Assembly (NCBI GenBank): GCA_050084515.1
Contig: CM114271.1
Location: 44,082,001-44,146,000, forward strand
Length of the DNA: 64,000 bases
Source: Blasia pusilla
Taxonomy: Eukaryota
Reading direction: 5' to 3'
The notes under the pieces were generated by a model. That model saw only the letters and a program-made list of their open reading frames with translations, was not told where the DNA came from and did no database searches. Every line of letters begins with the position of its first letter. The stretch's first letter is position 1. Both the position numbers and the translations under genes were made by a program. Of this stretch, positions 1 through 12,752 are shown piece by piece.

Positions 1-550
1 TTGTGCTTAAATGTTGAACTTGCGCACCATTTCTTCCATAGCGTGAAAAAATTCCTGCTCTATGACAGACTTAAAAAAATTCTTCATTCATCCTTCCATC
101 AAAAACTGAAAATGATTGTCGTGTAGCTCGTGGTCTCTTTATCCTATAAAACATTTGGCAGCGCTTCTGTCCTGATTACTCCCAAGGAAAACATGAAACC
201 TGTAAAAACAGCAACTTGAGAGCTACATTGTACTCTCGAGAGCACTAGAATGGAGCAACCCTCTCCCATACTCAATTTTTAACAAAAATTGGGCAGCGCT
301 TCCGCACGCCACTCTCCCACACGAAAAATCGGTAAAGCAAATCACAAACACAAGCAGCTCTTGCTCCGGTGAGCACTCCTATGAGCACTCCTATGAGCCT
401 CTAAATAGGAAACACGGTCCCCAACCTACACAACAGCAAATAACCAGTGAGCTCTTCCATAGTAGCTCTCTCAATCACTCTTTCTCTCTTTGTAAATCAA
501 GTGGAACTCACTCACAACAAGATCTCACAAATGTGCACACTCCATCTCTC

Positions 551-1349
551 TGTCTCTCTCTCATGTCAAACCAAACCCACTCTCCTAATAAGAGGCTTGG
601 GTTACACACACAAGGCAAGGAGAACCATAGCTCCGCCGCATCATGCCAAGAGGTTCAACAAAGAGAGAACAAGCTCTCAAGCTCTCTCTCTCTCTCTCTC
701 TCTTGGAGGTATACCCCCTTCCCTCTCCCAAGCTCTCTCCACAATAACTTATGCTCTCAGGTCATCTCGTTGGCTCTTGACCTGCTGTAGCGATTCAAGG
801 TCTAGTTTCCAAATTAGAAAGACAATTATACAAAAAAATGGTAACTTACCCGAAATAGTAAGTTCCTCAATATGGCTCCAAATGAGCCGAAACGAAGGGG
901 AAACCTGCTCTCTCAAGTTACCTGTGGCCTCATAAAGGTCTTCCTCGACCTCTTGAGGGTTTTCCTCCAGTATCTCCAAAGGTGATCTACTAAATCTCAT
1001 CAATCTATCCTAACAGACATGATATAGTAGATAACAACGATAGTGAGATTACTTGATGTCGGGCTTGTGGCATCCACTTCATATGGAGTGGCGAGGGATA
1101 TAGAGGATCCCAACTCGACTATTCATCACTCCACTTGCAGTAGTGGTCTCTTTTTAAATCATAAAGCATCAAATCTCTCATACAAATCCATGTCTTTCTC
1201 ATGTCAAACCAAACTCGCTCTCCTAGTGGGAGGCTTGGATTAGTCACAAGGCAAGAAGGACCATAGTTCTGCCACCTCATGAAAGAAGGTTCAAAAAAGA
1301 GAGAACCGTCTCTCAAGCTCACTTTCCTGAGGTATATCCCTTCCCTCCA
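551..1349. repeat. Degenerate direct repeat pair (~551-728 and ~1191-1349), probably TE-derived; first copy contains a (CT)n tract
   Basis: Shared colinear blocks tcatgtcaaaccaaac..ctctccta..gaggcttgg..cacaaggcaag..accatag..gaggttcaa..agagagaac..tctcaagctc..gaggtata..ccttccctc occur in both copies. Confidence 0.7.
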
Positions 1350-1800
1350 TATCGTGACCCTCATAACCAAATGCACGCCAACGCAAAACATTTGAACGCT
1401 TGTGGGCTCACACTAGGCTGGAAGTGCGTCGGAGTCTTACAAGTGAGACATGAGCCTTGATGGGTGCCTCAAATGATGAATGTCATGATCTACCAAAAAA
1501 AGACCAGACGTAAAACAAGACTTGAGAAAAGCTCAAATCCCGCAAGAGTTGGGTGCCAAGAGGACTGCAACATGGCTTGGAACTTGAGTTTTTGAGGATT
1601 CTCCATGTTTGAAATCATAATGACTAGACCCAAGATGTATTTGGGATGAATAAGGTGGCGTTGGAAAGCTTGTAGGAAAATAATTGTAACGCACTACAAA
1701 TCCAAAAAGAAAATACATAAGTAGAAATCTAGAAACCATCCCAAAGATATCAGAATGATAGTTGGGTTGAGGGTGTGCAGGCTATGAGCCTTTTTCTAGC
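1350..1800 (+). mobile_element. Partial, diverged copy of the ~1 kb LTR family (5' half)
   Basis: Starts tatcgtgaccctcataaccaaatg..gtgggctcacactagg, matching the start of the copies at 43160 and 61800. Similarity continues (caagacttgag, ccaagatg, ttggaaagctt, gggttgaggg) to about 1790. Confidence 0.7.
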
Positions 1801-3762
1801 CCATGGTCGCCCAATGGGAGCCCAGTCCGCCCTCCAGGCTTGCCTCCAGGGTGCGGATCGCGGATTGCGGATACCCGATCTCGCACGGACATAGACTTTG
1901 TCCATGTCCAACCTTGCTAAAAATAGGAAAGGGTTTGGAATCTCTAACACTATATATAAGAATTTAAAGCAAAGCCTCATAATAGAATGATAAATTGTTT
2001 CTTGCCTTAAATAGAATTGGAATATTTCTAAATGCAATGAAAAATTTAGTAGTAGTGACTTGTTTTCAAATGAAGGGATGTCTCCACTCTTCATAATTGA
2101 ACATACATTAATGAAACACTAGTGCATCATGGATTTTTAGTAGTGCTTATAAGTGTGCTTATAAGTTTTTTAGATATTATTTAAATGTAAAAATATAAAG
2201 CGACACGATTCATTTCAATATTGGTAGGATTTTGGATGGCACCAGTAATTCCAACAGTTAAATCAATTTGTAGATGTTGGGGGCAATAAGTTGATGTAAG
2301 CCCATAAACCTAGAGATCCCACTATTTCGGTGAAGGGCAAGAAGTATTGTCAACTCGGCTTAGGGTATTGACCTGATTCCAAATTGGTGGTTGCAAAAAC
2401 TTGCGAAGGTTTATCTTACAATGAAACCAACAAAGGTAGTGTCACATCAAGGATGTTTTTCACCAAACCAAAGATGTTTTTCACATAAAGGTAGTGTCAC
2501 ATCTTTGGTTTGAAACTAAAGATGAAACCAAAGATGTTTTTCATTGACTATTTCTAACATGTTGCCTTTAAGCAAATCCGAAGAAGAAATCTGAAGGGGT
2601 ATGGGTTGAATCATGAGTAGCTTTAATGGCATGCGCACCCCGACATCCCCGAGGTGGTCTGGTCTGTGGTGTGACTATTCTTTGCATGACCCTCTTGCTT
2701 TTCCCACATTCAAGGATTCTTGAGCGGATTGCCCTCTTACCTCCATATTTCATGAGTGCCGCAAATGAGTGAAAGGAGCTCCCAGTTGTGGGAAGCCATT
2801 TCCTCCATACCAATGGCGTTATCACTGGAATTTGACTTGTTAGATCTCGACAAAAGTTATCAGGATAAGTAATTTTAATTTTTTTTCTCCATTTTTCAAC
2901 CATAATTAAAACTCTTGCTAACATTGCCCCCAGCACCTAAAAACTTTCTCAAGTCTGGGTAACTCAAGGCAACGACCAAATATGAAGAAAAGCCTCACAA
3001 TGGGATCACTAGAAACTTTCCTACACGCACAATCAAGATATTTCACTCGTGAACGTTTTTGTGTCTGAGACATCCGAAATAAAGTTGACTGCTGTATGAT
3101 TGAGCACAACACCATAAGAAAATGAATCCATTATGAATAACTTATTTCAGACTAGAAAATAATCATCTAACGGCAAGTTCTTCTAACCTATCAATCTGAC
3201 TCTCGAAGTGTCTCGCCAACCAGAGTCTTCTGTAAACGTGTTCGAGCAAGAATGCCTGTACAAAACTCACACCCCACCCTATTGTACTTCACTAATCTGG
3301 CGTTCAATCTCCATCTTAGTTACAGTATTTGGAAATTTGACAGGCTATTCTTATCTTTCATGATGTGACAGTAAGGTCTCCTAGAAAATAATTTGTGGGA
3401 GAGTTCAGACATTTCTCATGGTGACGAACAGTTAAAATAAAAGCCCACGGAACCAATTTAATCCATGCAACACTGATTTCAAAGGCCCAGGGATATTCAG
3501 CCTATCCACCGGATGGTCTCCTGGCAATATGACCAAAACCTGCACATTTCATGAGGGTTTTCTCTTCGAATAAGCAGCTGATACATTTTCTTGAAGTTCG
3601 ACTGACGATAAATAATGACAGAAGCAAGACTAATAACTGATCTTGCCAGAACAAAGGATAACATTTGAGATCTACTGCTTCGCTCCCGATCAAACAGAGA
3701 GAATCTGAGGTTCCCCATGCTAACACTCCATGAACTGAGTATAGTATAGAGAGTAGGCAGAA

Positions 3763-6226
3763 TTAAAATACCGGAACCCGTTGGCGTCCCCATTTAAGCG
3801 CCTGTTGATGTGAATGATGATATAGATCGATTCGAGTTTTCCCCTTGATAGCACCCCCTCTATCTTCTACCTGCACATTTCAAAGATGTTAACCTGCACA
3901 TTTCTTGGAGCCTCAAAAGTCTCACTATCGTTCACTTCAAAAGGACATGGGGAGTCAACTCTCAAGGGTGGATTTACCTCTCCCCATCCATAACCTGGAA
4001 CATACATCTTAGTTCCAAATGGATAGAAGTCAGTGTCTGCGGCAATTGAACCATGTCGTGGAAGCAATCGCCATGGAAACAACAGTAATCGACCTGGAAT
4101 CTTAGGGAACTGACTTAAACTCAGCTTTGAAAGTATCGGTGGACGTGCCTGATAAGATCCAAATATTAGAACCGTCAGACTTTGATATGCACAATAGCAT
4201 TAAAGTGTACCAGTATTGCAAAGCAGCCGTCTTCAACCCACTTCATCTCAATCAGGAGAACTGATTTAGAACTGTTTTGAACTATATCTACCGGGTTCTT
4301 TCTTAATAGCTATTTTAAGAGAATAATTTTATTTTCTCTCATAACACTCTCCTTCACAAACACTTCCTATTCTATGTATCTCAGCCCTTAGCAAAAATCT
4401 TCAGAGTTTACTCACCATCTTCTTTGAATCCTGAAGTTAGTCACTGCCGGACAGATTCTATCAAAAGACATCACTTTTACTGTTACAGCCACCCCCCTGG
4501 TCTCACCACTTCTAGATTCATTCCTCATCAACTACATGCTTTTAGGAACATGCTTGAAAAACTGCTAGTTATCATGCTTTTAACCTTCACTCTTCCTGGC
4601 GCTTCTAGTTAATCCATCCAATCTTTAGTTTGTGATTGTCAACGAGATGGATGATGTGTTTTTGTCTGCTTCGGAAACTTCAATTTGCATATACTCAATC
4701 TGCAACACAAGACATCCATTCTTCTCTTTTCTCCTCTCTTATTGAGCACATTCTTCGTGGATGTTGGTATTCATATTTCCACAAGACTGATACTGACTGC
4801 TTGCTTTCCCTGAAGTTTGCTGTTAGACTTGGCAGTTCATTTGACACTCTAAGCTCGTGCTTCCTGCCAAATCAATCTATTTAAGTTATTAGCACATTGA
4901 ATACCTGAGCAGGAACACTCCCGTTGGAAGTGAGCCCGTAGTAAGGAAATCCCGTGAGATTTCTCGTTGTCCAGTACCTATTTCAAACGTTTCCTTTGTG
5001 CATCAGTCCAATTATTTCGAGCCAATCCTCTAAGCTGTAGCTTTTTAGCAACGTGGAGCTACTTGGAAGGCATGTGGTCAGGGAAGCAGACTACAAAACT
5101 TGACATAAGATACACTAGCATGTGCCTAGGAATAGGTGAAATATCCAAAAGCCATGAAGAAGTCAAGTAACGCATATCTAGAACCACAGACCCTGTAAGA
5201 GTTGATTCTAGGCTAATCGTCTCTCCTACAACCACACTCAAACTAGAACAATTTGTTGACAGCCGAATGGTTCATTTCAGTCCAAAAGCATACAGCCAGA
5301 TACAAATAAGCTTGCTAAACATGTTGAAAATTAGTGACTGAATGGCAAAAAGGGGGACGAAGGCACGTACTTGGCAACAAGAGGCAACTGTTTTGCTCCA
5401 TTTCCTGTCTTGCGCTCGCGTAGTCTTAATGGTATCCAGGAGGGTGAAAGACCCAGATAGTAACTGCCCGGCAACTTTACTCCCCATTCCCAGTTGCAGC
5501 AATATCCGCAGCTGCCAACCTCACCAGTTATGCGAGTGAGAAATGTGGCAGGTCTGATGAGATCTACTGAGGGTTGTGAGCTAGATTACCATGTGTAGGA
5601 AATCTCCTGCAAGCTTTTATCAGAAATGTGTATGATGAAAATTGATTTGGGTCGCAATTTTGCACCGAACTTCGGCTCAACGTATGATCCATTAGGTTGC
5701 GCACGCATAGCGACACTAAACAATTCAGTTTACATCATCGACCAAAAATGAAATGGGATGAAGCACAATGCTATGCTGCGTGAGCACAGAGGTATTCATG
5801 AGGTGACCGCCGCAATTTAGGCCAAACACATCAGGATGGAGTGCAGAGGTGTATAAATCGAAGTGTTATTTCGAATTTTCACCTTAGTACTTACGTTCAC
5901 TTGGAGAAACAGAGAAGACTTGAGTCACAGAGCCAGATGCACCATTTTTTCAATTCAGTGAACATCTCACCGTCCAAGATATTTAAAAGAGAGATTGCAT
6001 TTAACAGTTGTTTCCTTTGACTCGAAAGCCCTCTCTTGATAAACCGCCTACAGCGCCTAATCCAACTGCAATCAATTTTTCCAGCGGAAGATTGCAACCC
6101 GATCCGAGCTCCGCAAATGCTCGATAATAATCTACTCCACCACAATTAACCGAAACAGAACGGCAGCAGGTAAAGCTCCTACCTGCAGTAAGCAGTGCAC
6201 TCAATCTCAATCGTGTAAGGAGCCAT
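3763..6226 (-). CDS. 3D (Asp-Asp-Asp) domain protein, MltA/YocH-like lytic-transglycosylase family; 178 aa, 5 exons
   Basis: Exons 6226-6183, 5511-5371, 4977-4905, 4148-3978, 3870-3763, all GT-AG and in frame. Protein: MAPYTIEIECTAYCSCGYCCNWEWG...YYGLTSNGSVPAQ...HGSIAADTDFYPFGTKMYVPGYGWGEVEDRGGAIKGKTRIDLYHHSHQQALKWGRQRVPVF*. TAY, IAAD, PFGT, VEDRGGAIKG, RIDLY and WGR are hallmark 3D-domain motifs. Confidence 0.9.
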
Positions 6227-8554
6227 CCCTCACGAAGGTCCGTTGCAAAATGATTTTAATGATTGTATTCTCCAGAGGCCTACAACTCAGCCTCCGGTTT
6301 CCACTCCAAACACGACTCTCCCTCTCCTGCAAGTCACACAACTCAAAATCAATCCAACGGCCCAACTACGATTACTTCGCCCTACCCGTGTTCTTGCTCT
6401 ACCTATCCAGGCTCTTCACAGGAAGTTCTGTGGGTCCCTTTGCGTTTAGACGTTTACTTCGAAAGGCTACTGCGGCAAAGTGTGGGAACTACGAACGGTT
6501 CGATTTGTAACCGATGGCCTACTTCGTTGGAACACCGCACGCAGTCTCCAGTTGAGTATTGTCGCCAGCAGATTTGGGGAGAAATGGAAAGAGTTTGAAA
6601 AATCGATTTAATGCCCAAAAGAACCTTTTTCACTTCGTAGCTCGATTCTCTGTTCTTGTTGAACATGAAACCCGTGTAATAAAAGCACCTATGAAAAGTA
6701 AATTTGATGAAGGATTTAGGACAGTTCCAGATCACCAGGTATGTGGGTGTATGAAGTACTCAACTGTGCTTCACGCTTCCTAGGAGTCGCATGTCCCTCC
6801 TCTTTTTTTCCAAGCAAGTTGCGTGTAGATTTCCACTTCGGGAGCTTTACGCTTCCGCGTACCAAGCTGTATGAGTTGTACTGCTCGCTAATTTGTTTAA
6901 GCATTTTTGTATCGCTTCACCGAGAACGAGCTCCAGTGCGCCAGCGACTTATAGTTTGATATGAATGGATACTATCGCCAAATCGCACAACAGAGCGTCA
7001 TAGTATATTTTCGTTCATCATGTTCCTCGTCATACGGTGTCAGGGGGAATATAAGAGAACAGTAGATACCAAGGAGTATATCGAGAAGTTCAATGCAACA
7101 AGAGCGTCCACCACCAATCGTCCAGCAAAGGCCCTAAACTGCCGCGGTCTTGCATTGATTGCGAGACACGGGCCATGCTTCACCCTCTCCAACGAGAGAG
7201 CAATGAATGCTATGAATCCGGGCTCCTAGGTGAGGGTTGATGGATCTCCTGCAGTCCTCCGCCGCTCGAGGAAATGTAACCGCACTCCAAAGCTTATCGG
7301 ATTTTGACTCTTACACATAGAAGTGTACGTAGACAAGCCCAAAAAAAATTCGAAAGAGTAAAAAATTGAGCTCACATCGCATGATTCAAACTTCACATTT
7401 GTTTAAAAATTGTCAGGTTCGACGTTCACTTCTATGTGTTTTTTCCCACCAGGAGACCGCCACATACTTTTGAACTAAAAAAAATAGTGAAGTACTATTT
7501 TACCCAGATTTGAATTTCTGTGGCAACACATTGCGAGACAATAACAGAAAAGTGTAACATGATTTCACCATACATGAATTTCAACTGTGGGGCATTGAGC
7601 AACCACAGTACCTGAATTTTCTATTATTACATTGGGATGGCTCCAGGAACTTACAAACTCGGCTCAGTGTGCATCCGAAAGTAGAGTGCTCGTGTAGTTG
7701 TTTTTCTATGTAGCATAAAATAGGGTTTGAATTGCGTACCTCACTGGTGTCAGTCTGAGTCTAAAATTCTCTCTTCAGTAAACTCCACGAACAATAAGCT
7801 GAAGGATTGAAAATCGCATCTATTGTGAAAGAAGTGATCAATATCCAGCTTGTGAAGTTGATTATTTTGCAGACATTAGAAATGGTATTTCCAGCGTAGA
7901 GAGCCTTTCCACTTCTTTCCAGCAATCAGTGTAAATAATAGACTGCAAAGTTGGCATATAGTGGTAAGGCAGACAGTGTCCAGCAATGCCGCTTTGCTTC
8001 ACAAGAAGAATTCGGTGAAAACAAGAATCACTGAAAACACCTCAACAAGCATTAGTCTAGATTTGGGACGACGAGAGCTATGGGGTGTAGCCCATACGCT
8101 TGTTTGTCCCAGCAGAACAAAAGCCAAGGATTGATATTCGCTGTGTGAGAACCCACAGTGGTACACTCAGGACTTTTAAATCACAACAAATCTATTCAAC
8201 CTTTCCACTCACAGTCTAATCTGCCGACAAGATCGTCACTGAGAGCCCTTTGCGTTCAAGACACATTCCAAAGAGACCAGCAGATTTAGGAGCGAATTCC
8301 AGAACCATGAATTGGATCAGACAGCACAACCTATGGATCAAATAGCATAGACATGTGCTATCTTCTACTTGAAATGAACCTCTACAACAAATGGAGCTCT
8401 ATCCACAATATCTGCATTTCTCTCCATCCTCCAATTAACTAATTAGCCCACATCGAAGGTTGAAGGTCACACAAAAGCCAATAGGAGACAAAGTTGCTCG
8501 CAATAACCATTTTTCAAACAGGATAACTCTATCAAGTAAAAATGAAAATGTTCA

Positions 8555-11500
8555 TCAAAGATTTCTATCAAGAAATTCACATATTCGCTCTTCCATATAC
8601 ATCCGATCTCTTAGACCTCTGGGCATGTGCCTCTCGTCGGGAAAGACCAGTAGCTCGTACTCTTTGCCCGCAGCTGTTAAAGCATTGATCAGCCGGGCTG
8701 TGTGTCGAAAATGAACATTTTCATCAATCATCCCATGCACCAACAAGAGTTTCCCTTGTATTCTGTGCACATGATGCATCACTGAACTATAATCAAATCC
8801 GGCGTGGTTACTGGATGGCATACCCATATATTTCTCAGTGTAGTGTGTATCGTATCCATCCCAGGCCGTGACTGGTGCACCTGCCACCGCACACTTAAAG
8901 GTTTCAGGACACCGAGCTAATGCCATGGCTGACATGTAGCCACCATAACTCCACCCATAGATTCCTACTCTATCTTTATTTGCCAGGCCTTGTCGCACCA
9001 ACCATTGAACACCTAGTTCTTGATCTTCCACGTCAATGCGACCCATATTGTTCTTCACAGCTCCTTCAAATTTCAGTCCTCGCCTCGCGCTTCCTCTATT
9101 GTCGAGCTGCGTGGTTGACAGGGACAAGTTAGACCACCAAGCAGCTACATCAAAGAAACACAGGTCACTGAATCATCCTGCTGAAGAAGGAGGTACCAAA
9201 TTCAAAGGAAGAATTCTCATGACCAACTAGAAAGGTAAAACCTGCTCACACAAACTACAACCGCCTGATCATCCATGTAAACCACATGCTTTCACATTGC
9301 AATGCCCAGGTATGGACAAGAGATTGACTACTAACTGGACAACTCCGTTTTGTTCGAACTGAGAAATACTTTCGGAACTAAAATTTTGATTTGTTTGCTC
9401 CATTCAAAATTTTGAATTGAGCATTTAAAATTTTGAATTGAGCGAACACATCAAAATTTTAGATGAGGATAAAGTCTAAATGTATAGAATCTAAAGGCAC
9501 TATGCCGATCATCATGAACATGGACACCAGTGAAGGACTAGATAGCCCACTTACCTTCCAAATGAGTATCCCCCGGCTTCTCAAGTACTGTGCCCTCATG
9601 TCCACTGTATTCATCCAGGAGTTGCAGACAGTCTGCACATTAGGCCCCCCGTAGACACTTACGACCGTCCGGTAGGGGGGCGGTCCAAACTGCTTCGGAT
9701 CTGGCTTATAAATTGCTCCATACAAAGTAGTACCATCATCATTACATGTGATCTCAACAATTTCTGGAGCAGCTAGTTGTAATCGTCTAGCACGGGGAGT
9801 TGGTGCAGGCTGTTCATAAATAGGCACTAGTATTCTGCCATTGTCTAAAGAGCAGAGCAATACTCGCGGAGGAGTGTCCAAGCTATCGTGTATGTCCACA
9901 AATCTTTGCATTTGGTGATCTAAAACTACAATGTGCCGGCCTTCACTTTGAGTAAGTCTCTTTGGCGTTTGCAAAGGTAAACTGAAATCAGGAAACAATT
10001 GTGTACTGTACAGATGGGTATCCACTGGACTGTCCATCGTCCCAACAAAATAAATAAGACCAGAATTCTCATCCACCCCAGCTATCTGTTCTACAGCCCA
10101 ATCGCCCTGTGTGAGTGCACCCAGGCACTGACCTGTACTCTCATACAGGTACAAATGCCTAAAGCCTGATCGTTCACTGGCCCATATAAAACCACCTGCC
10201 AACCTTCCGGTACCCTCATGAAGAGGTGTAAAACAGTCATGCAGGTTTACCCAAATATCACTCTCTTCAGTCAACAAAACTTGGCGTCTTCCTGTCGAAG
10301 GATCGAATTTTAAAAGCTTGAGCTTTGTTTGTGAACGATTCTGCACTTGAGCTGTAAGGTATCCATCAGGCATCCAAGTAACCCGTGCCAAGTATTCCTC
10401 GTCCTCGAACTCGGTATCTCCACAATGAAGTTGCATCCACGACACATCTCCTCCAGCTGCTGATATAATGCCAAGCCGAACTTTAACATTTGATTGACCA
10501 GCAAATGGATAAGAATGGTCCTCCTCCGCTTCTCCACCAAGAGTAGCTTTTCCCTGATGCATTATGCGAAAAAAAGGAATTCCTGTGGCATCCACTTCCG
10601 CAAATGCTATAAGCCTGCTATCAGGTGACCACCAAAACCCATTTCTTCTCTCCATCTCTTCCTGGTCCAGACAATATGAAGCGCAATGCACTGAGGTACT
10701 TTCTATACTGGACAGGAAATCAGCAAGTAGCATCACATAATAAGTTTAATAGAACAAATTTCTAGGCAGAGTTTGAAACAGAATTGCTAGTCTGAGATCA
10801 AAGAACAGAGATGGAAGTAGGTTCCAGGTGTAAGGAAAGGAATTGCAGAGAGGTACCTGTGCAATATACTCTGCTAGCCCATGTGTCTAAAAACAAGGGA
10901 CATCCAACACAAGTTGGCATTAGTCATTGATCAAGGCAGATAAAAGACCTTAACTTTCTAACTTAAGCCACACGAGATGGCTACCTTCCCGACTCCAGAG
11001 AAGACCCTCCCTAGCACATTTCAATAGTTGCACTCCCTCAAGCATGAATGCCTACAGTGCCCGTTTCATTCATAAGGATAAGACCCAATCCACCAAGGCT
11101 GTTAACGGCCAATGAACTTGGAAAATATGATAAATACTTGGACACCCTAATTTTCTGATCACACCTATACCATCGACACACTACAATGATGCCATGTATT
11201 ATGAGAAGATTTTGAACAAGTCTGCCTCATTACCTTGCTAACCATACAAATCTTTTATTTACTATTTCCTTTTACTCGGTATGGTTGGGATCATCCGCAG
11301 GTACTCATCTTTCCTTAAGAAGAAAATGATCTATTAATTTTGGCCATGTAAACGAAGCCTCAAAACAAACCCTGATCAACCGGCTTGATACTGAAACAGA
11401 TGGCATCCCCCTAGGGTATGAATATTCCATAGATTGAAAACAAGTTGTAAGAGAAAAAGCCAACTCACCAAATATAATTGGCTTACCGTTGTGGGAAAAT

Positions 11501-12752
11501 CTACTAAATTGGTGATCAAAAAAATTAGATAGACTCTGAAATGTGGCGCGAGTCCAACAAACCAGGTCATGGTAATTAGTACAAGAGGATTACCTTGCCT
11601 GTGCCCCTGGCACCAGTTGTGACCTGTACTGATTCTCCGCCAGTGATAGGAACAATGTGAATTTCATCATCCCTGACATAAGCAATGGAGCAACCATCAG
11701 GTGACAGCTGAGGATCCAAAATTGGTGACCATGGGGTGCTAGCAACTCTCAGACGAAGCTCTGAACACAGCCCATCCTGGACATATATCTGCAGCAAACA
11801 ACAGAAGCTGGATCGTGAGCCCTTGAGAAAAGAACGACCTAGCCCTTGAGGATTGAGCAGGAATTTATGAGACCTAACCGCAATGGAATCCATTACATAC
11901 ACTCAGAAGCATATAATTGAGTTCCAAACATATACGCCTATAGTTGTCAGACCAGAGAGTCATAAACCCCATCAGCAAAGCATTGAACACAAATCTACCT
12001 AGGGACCACAACAACTAGATAAAAAAGCAATTTAGAGAGGCCAGGGAACATAATCACTTGAGCAAACCCCAATAACCTATAGGCCGATTCATGCTGAGTA
12101 GCCATAAACTAACACACGCACACAAGAATCTGACAGGAAAGTCGAATTGGGCACCAATACTCAGGAGCTAGAGGAGAGAACCGATGGGTTCAATCGTTTT
12201 TAGAAACGGACGCTTTCTCATCCATGGTGCACGACAAAGAGGACTGATACAGGAACTTGATCATGCCAAGGTGTTTGAGATTCAGAATCATACTCCTCCA
12301 GGAAGGGGGACCATCAACCTTGGGGCGAAACCACACTTCGCCCATTCGTACCGTGTGACACCCAAGCCACGCTCCCGCAATCTCTCCCTGCGCAGCTTCT
12401 CTGCAGTAGACAGGTTTCCTTCATCAACACCTCCACCCGGTGGAGTCACCACCAAGCGCTGCTGCCGAAGCGCAGGGTCGAAGGCAAATATTTTTCTACT
12501 CAGTGTGCTATCGGGGCTGTACAAGTAAGAAATTAGCTTATCATCTGGGCTAAAGGAAACAGAAGCCGGTGCTACATAGCCAGGTAAAGGATATTGAACA
12601 ATATCTTCCACGGGAAAAAGGGTGTACTCATCTCCGCCAGTTCCAGTTTGGCTGTCTGTAGTGGGCATGGTAGAGAGTGAGAGAGAAGACGAGAGGGATC
12701 GTTTTGCTTTTTTACTGCCTGCGCCTGGTTCTGGCGAATCCACAGCGTGCAT
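8555..12752 (-). CDS. Dipeptidyl peptidase IV / DPP8-9-like serine peptidase (family S9B), ~780 aa, 5 exons
   Basis: Exons 12752-12294, 11788-11594, 10886-10857 (30 nt, [10 protein letters not shown]), 10661-9555, 9106-8555, all phase 0 and GT-AG. The AQEE double-Glu motif spans exons 3/4. Catalytic motifs GWSYGG, DENV and ERH are present. Confidence 0.95.

Noticed and set aside
447-1391. ORFs of 84-162 aa at the window start
   Set aside because: They run through a degenerate repeat and a CT microsatellite, with no recognisable motif or splice structure.
5554-5605. CTGATGAG...GAAA resembling a hammerhead ribozyme core
   Set aside because: Stem II is not closed next to GAAA, and no stems I/III or cleavage triplet can be built.
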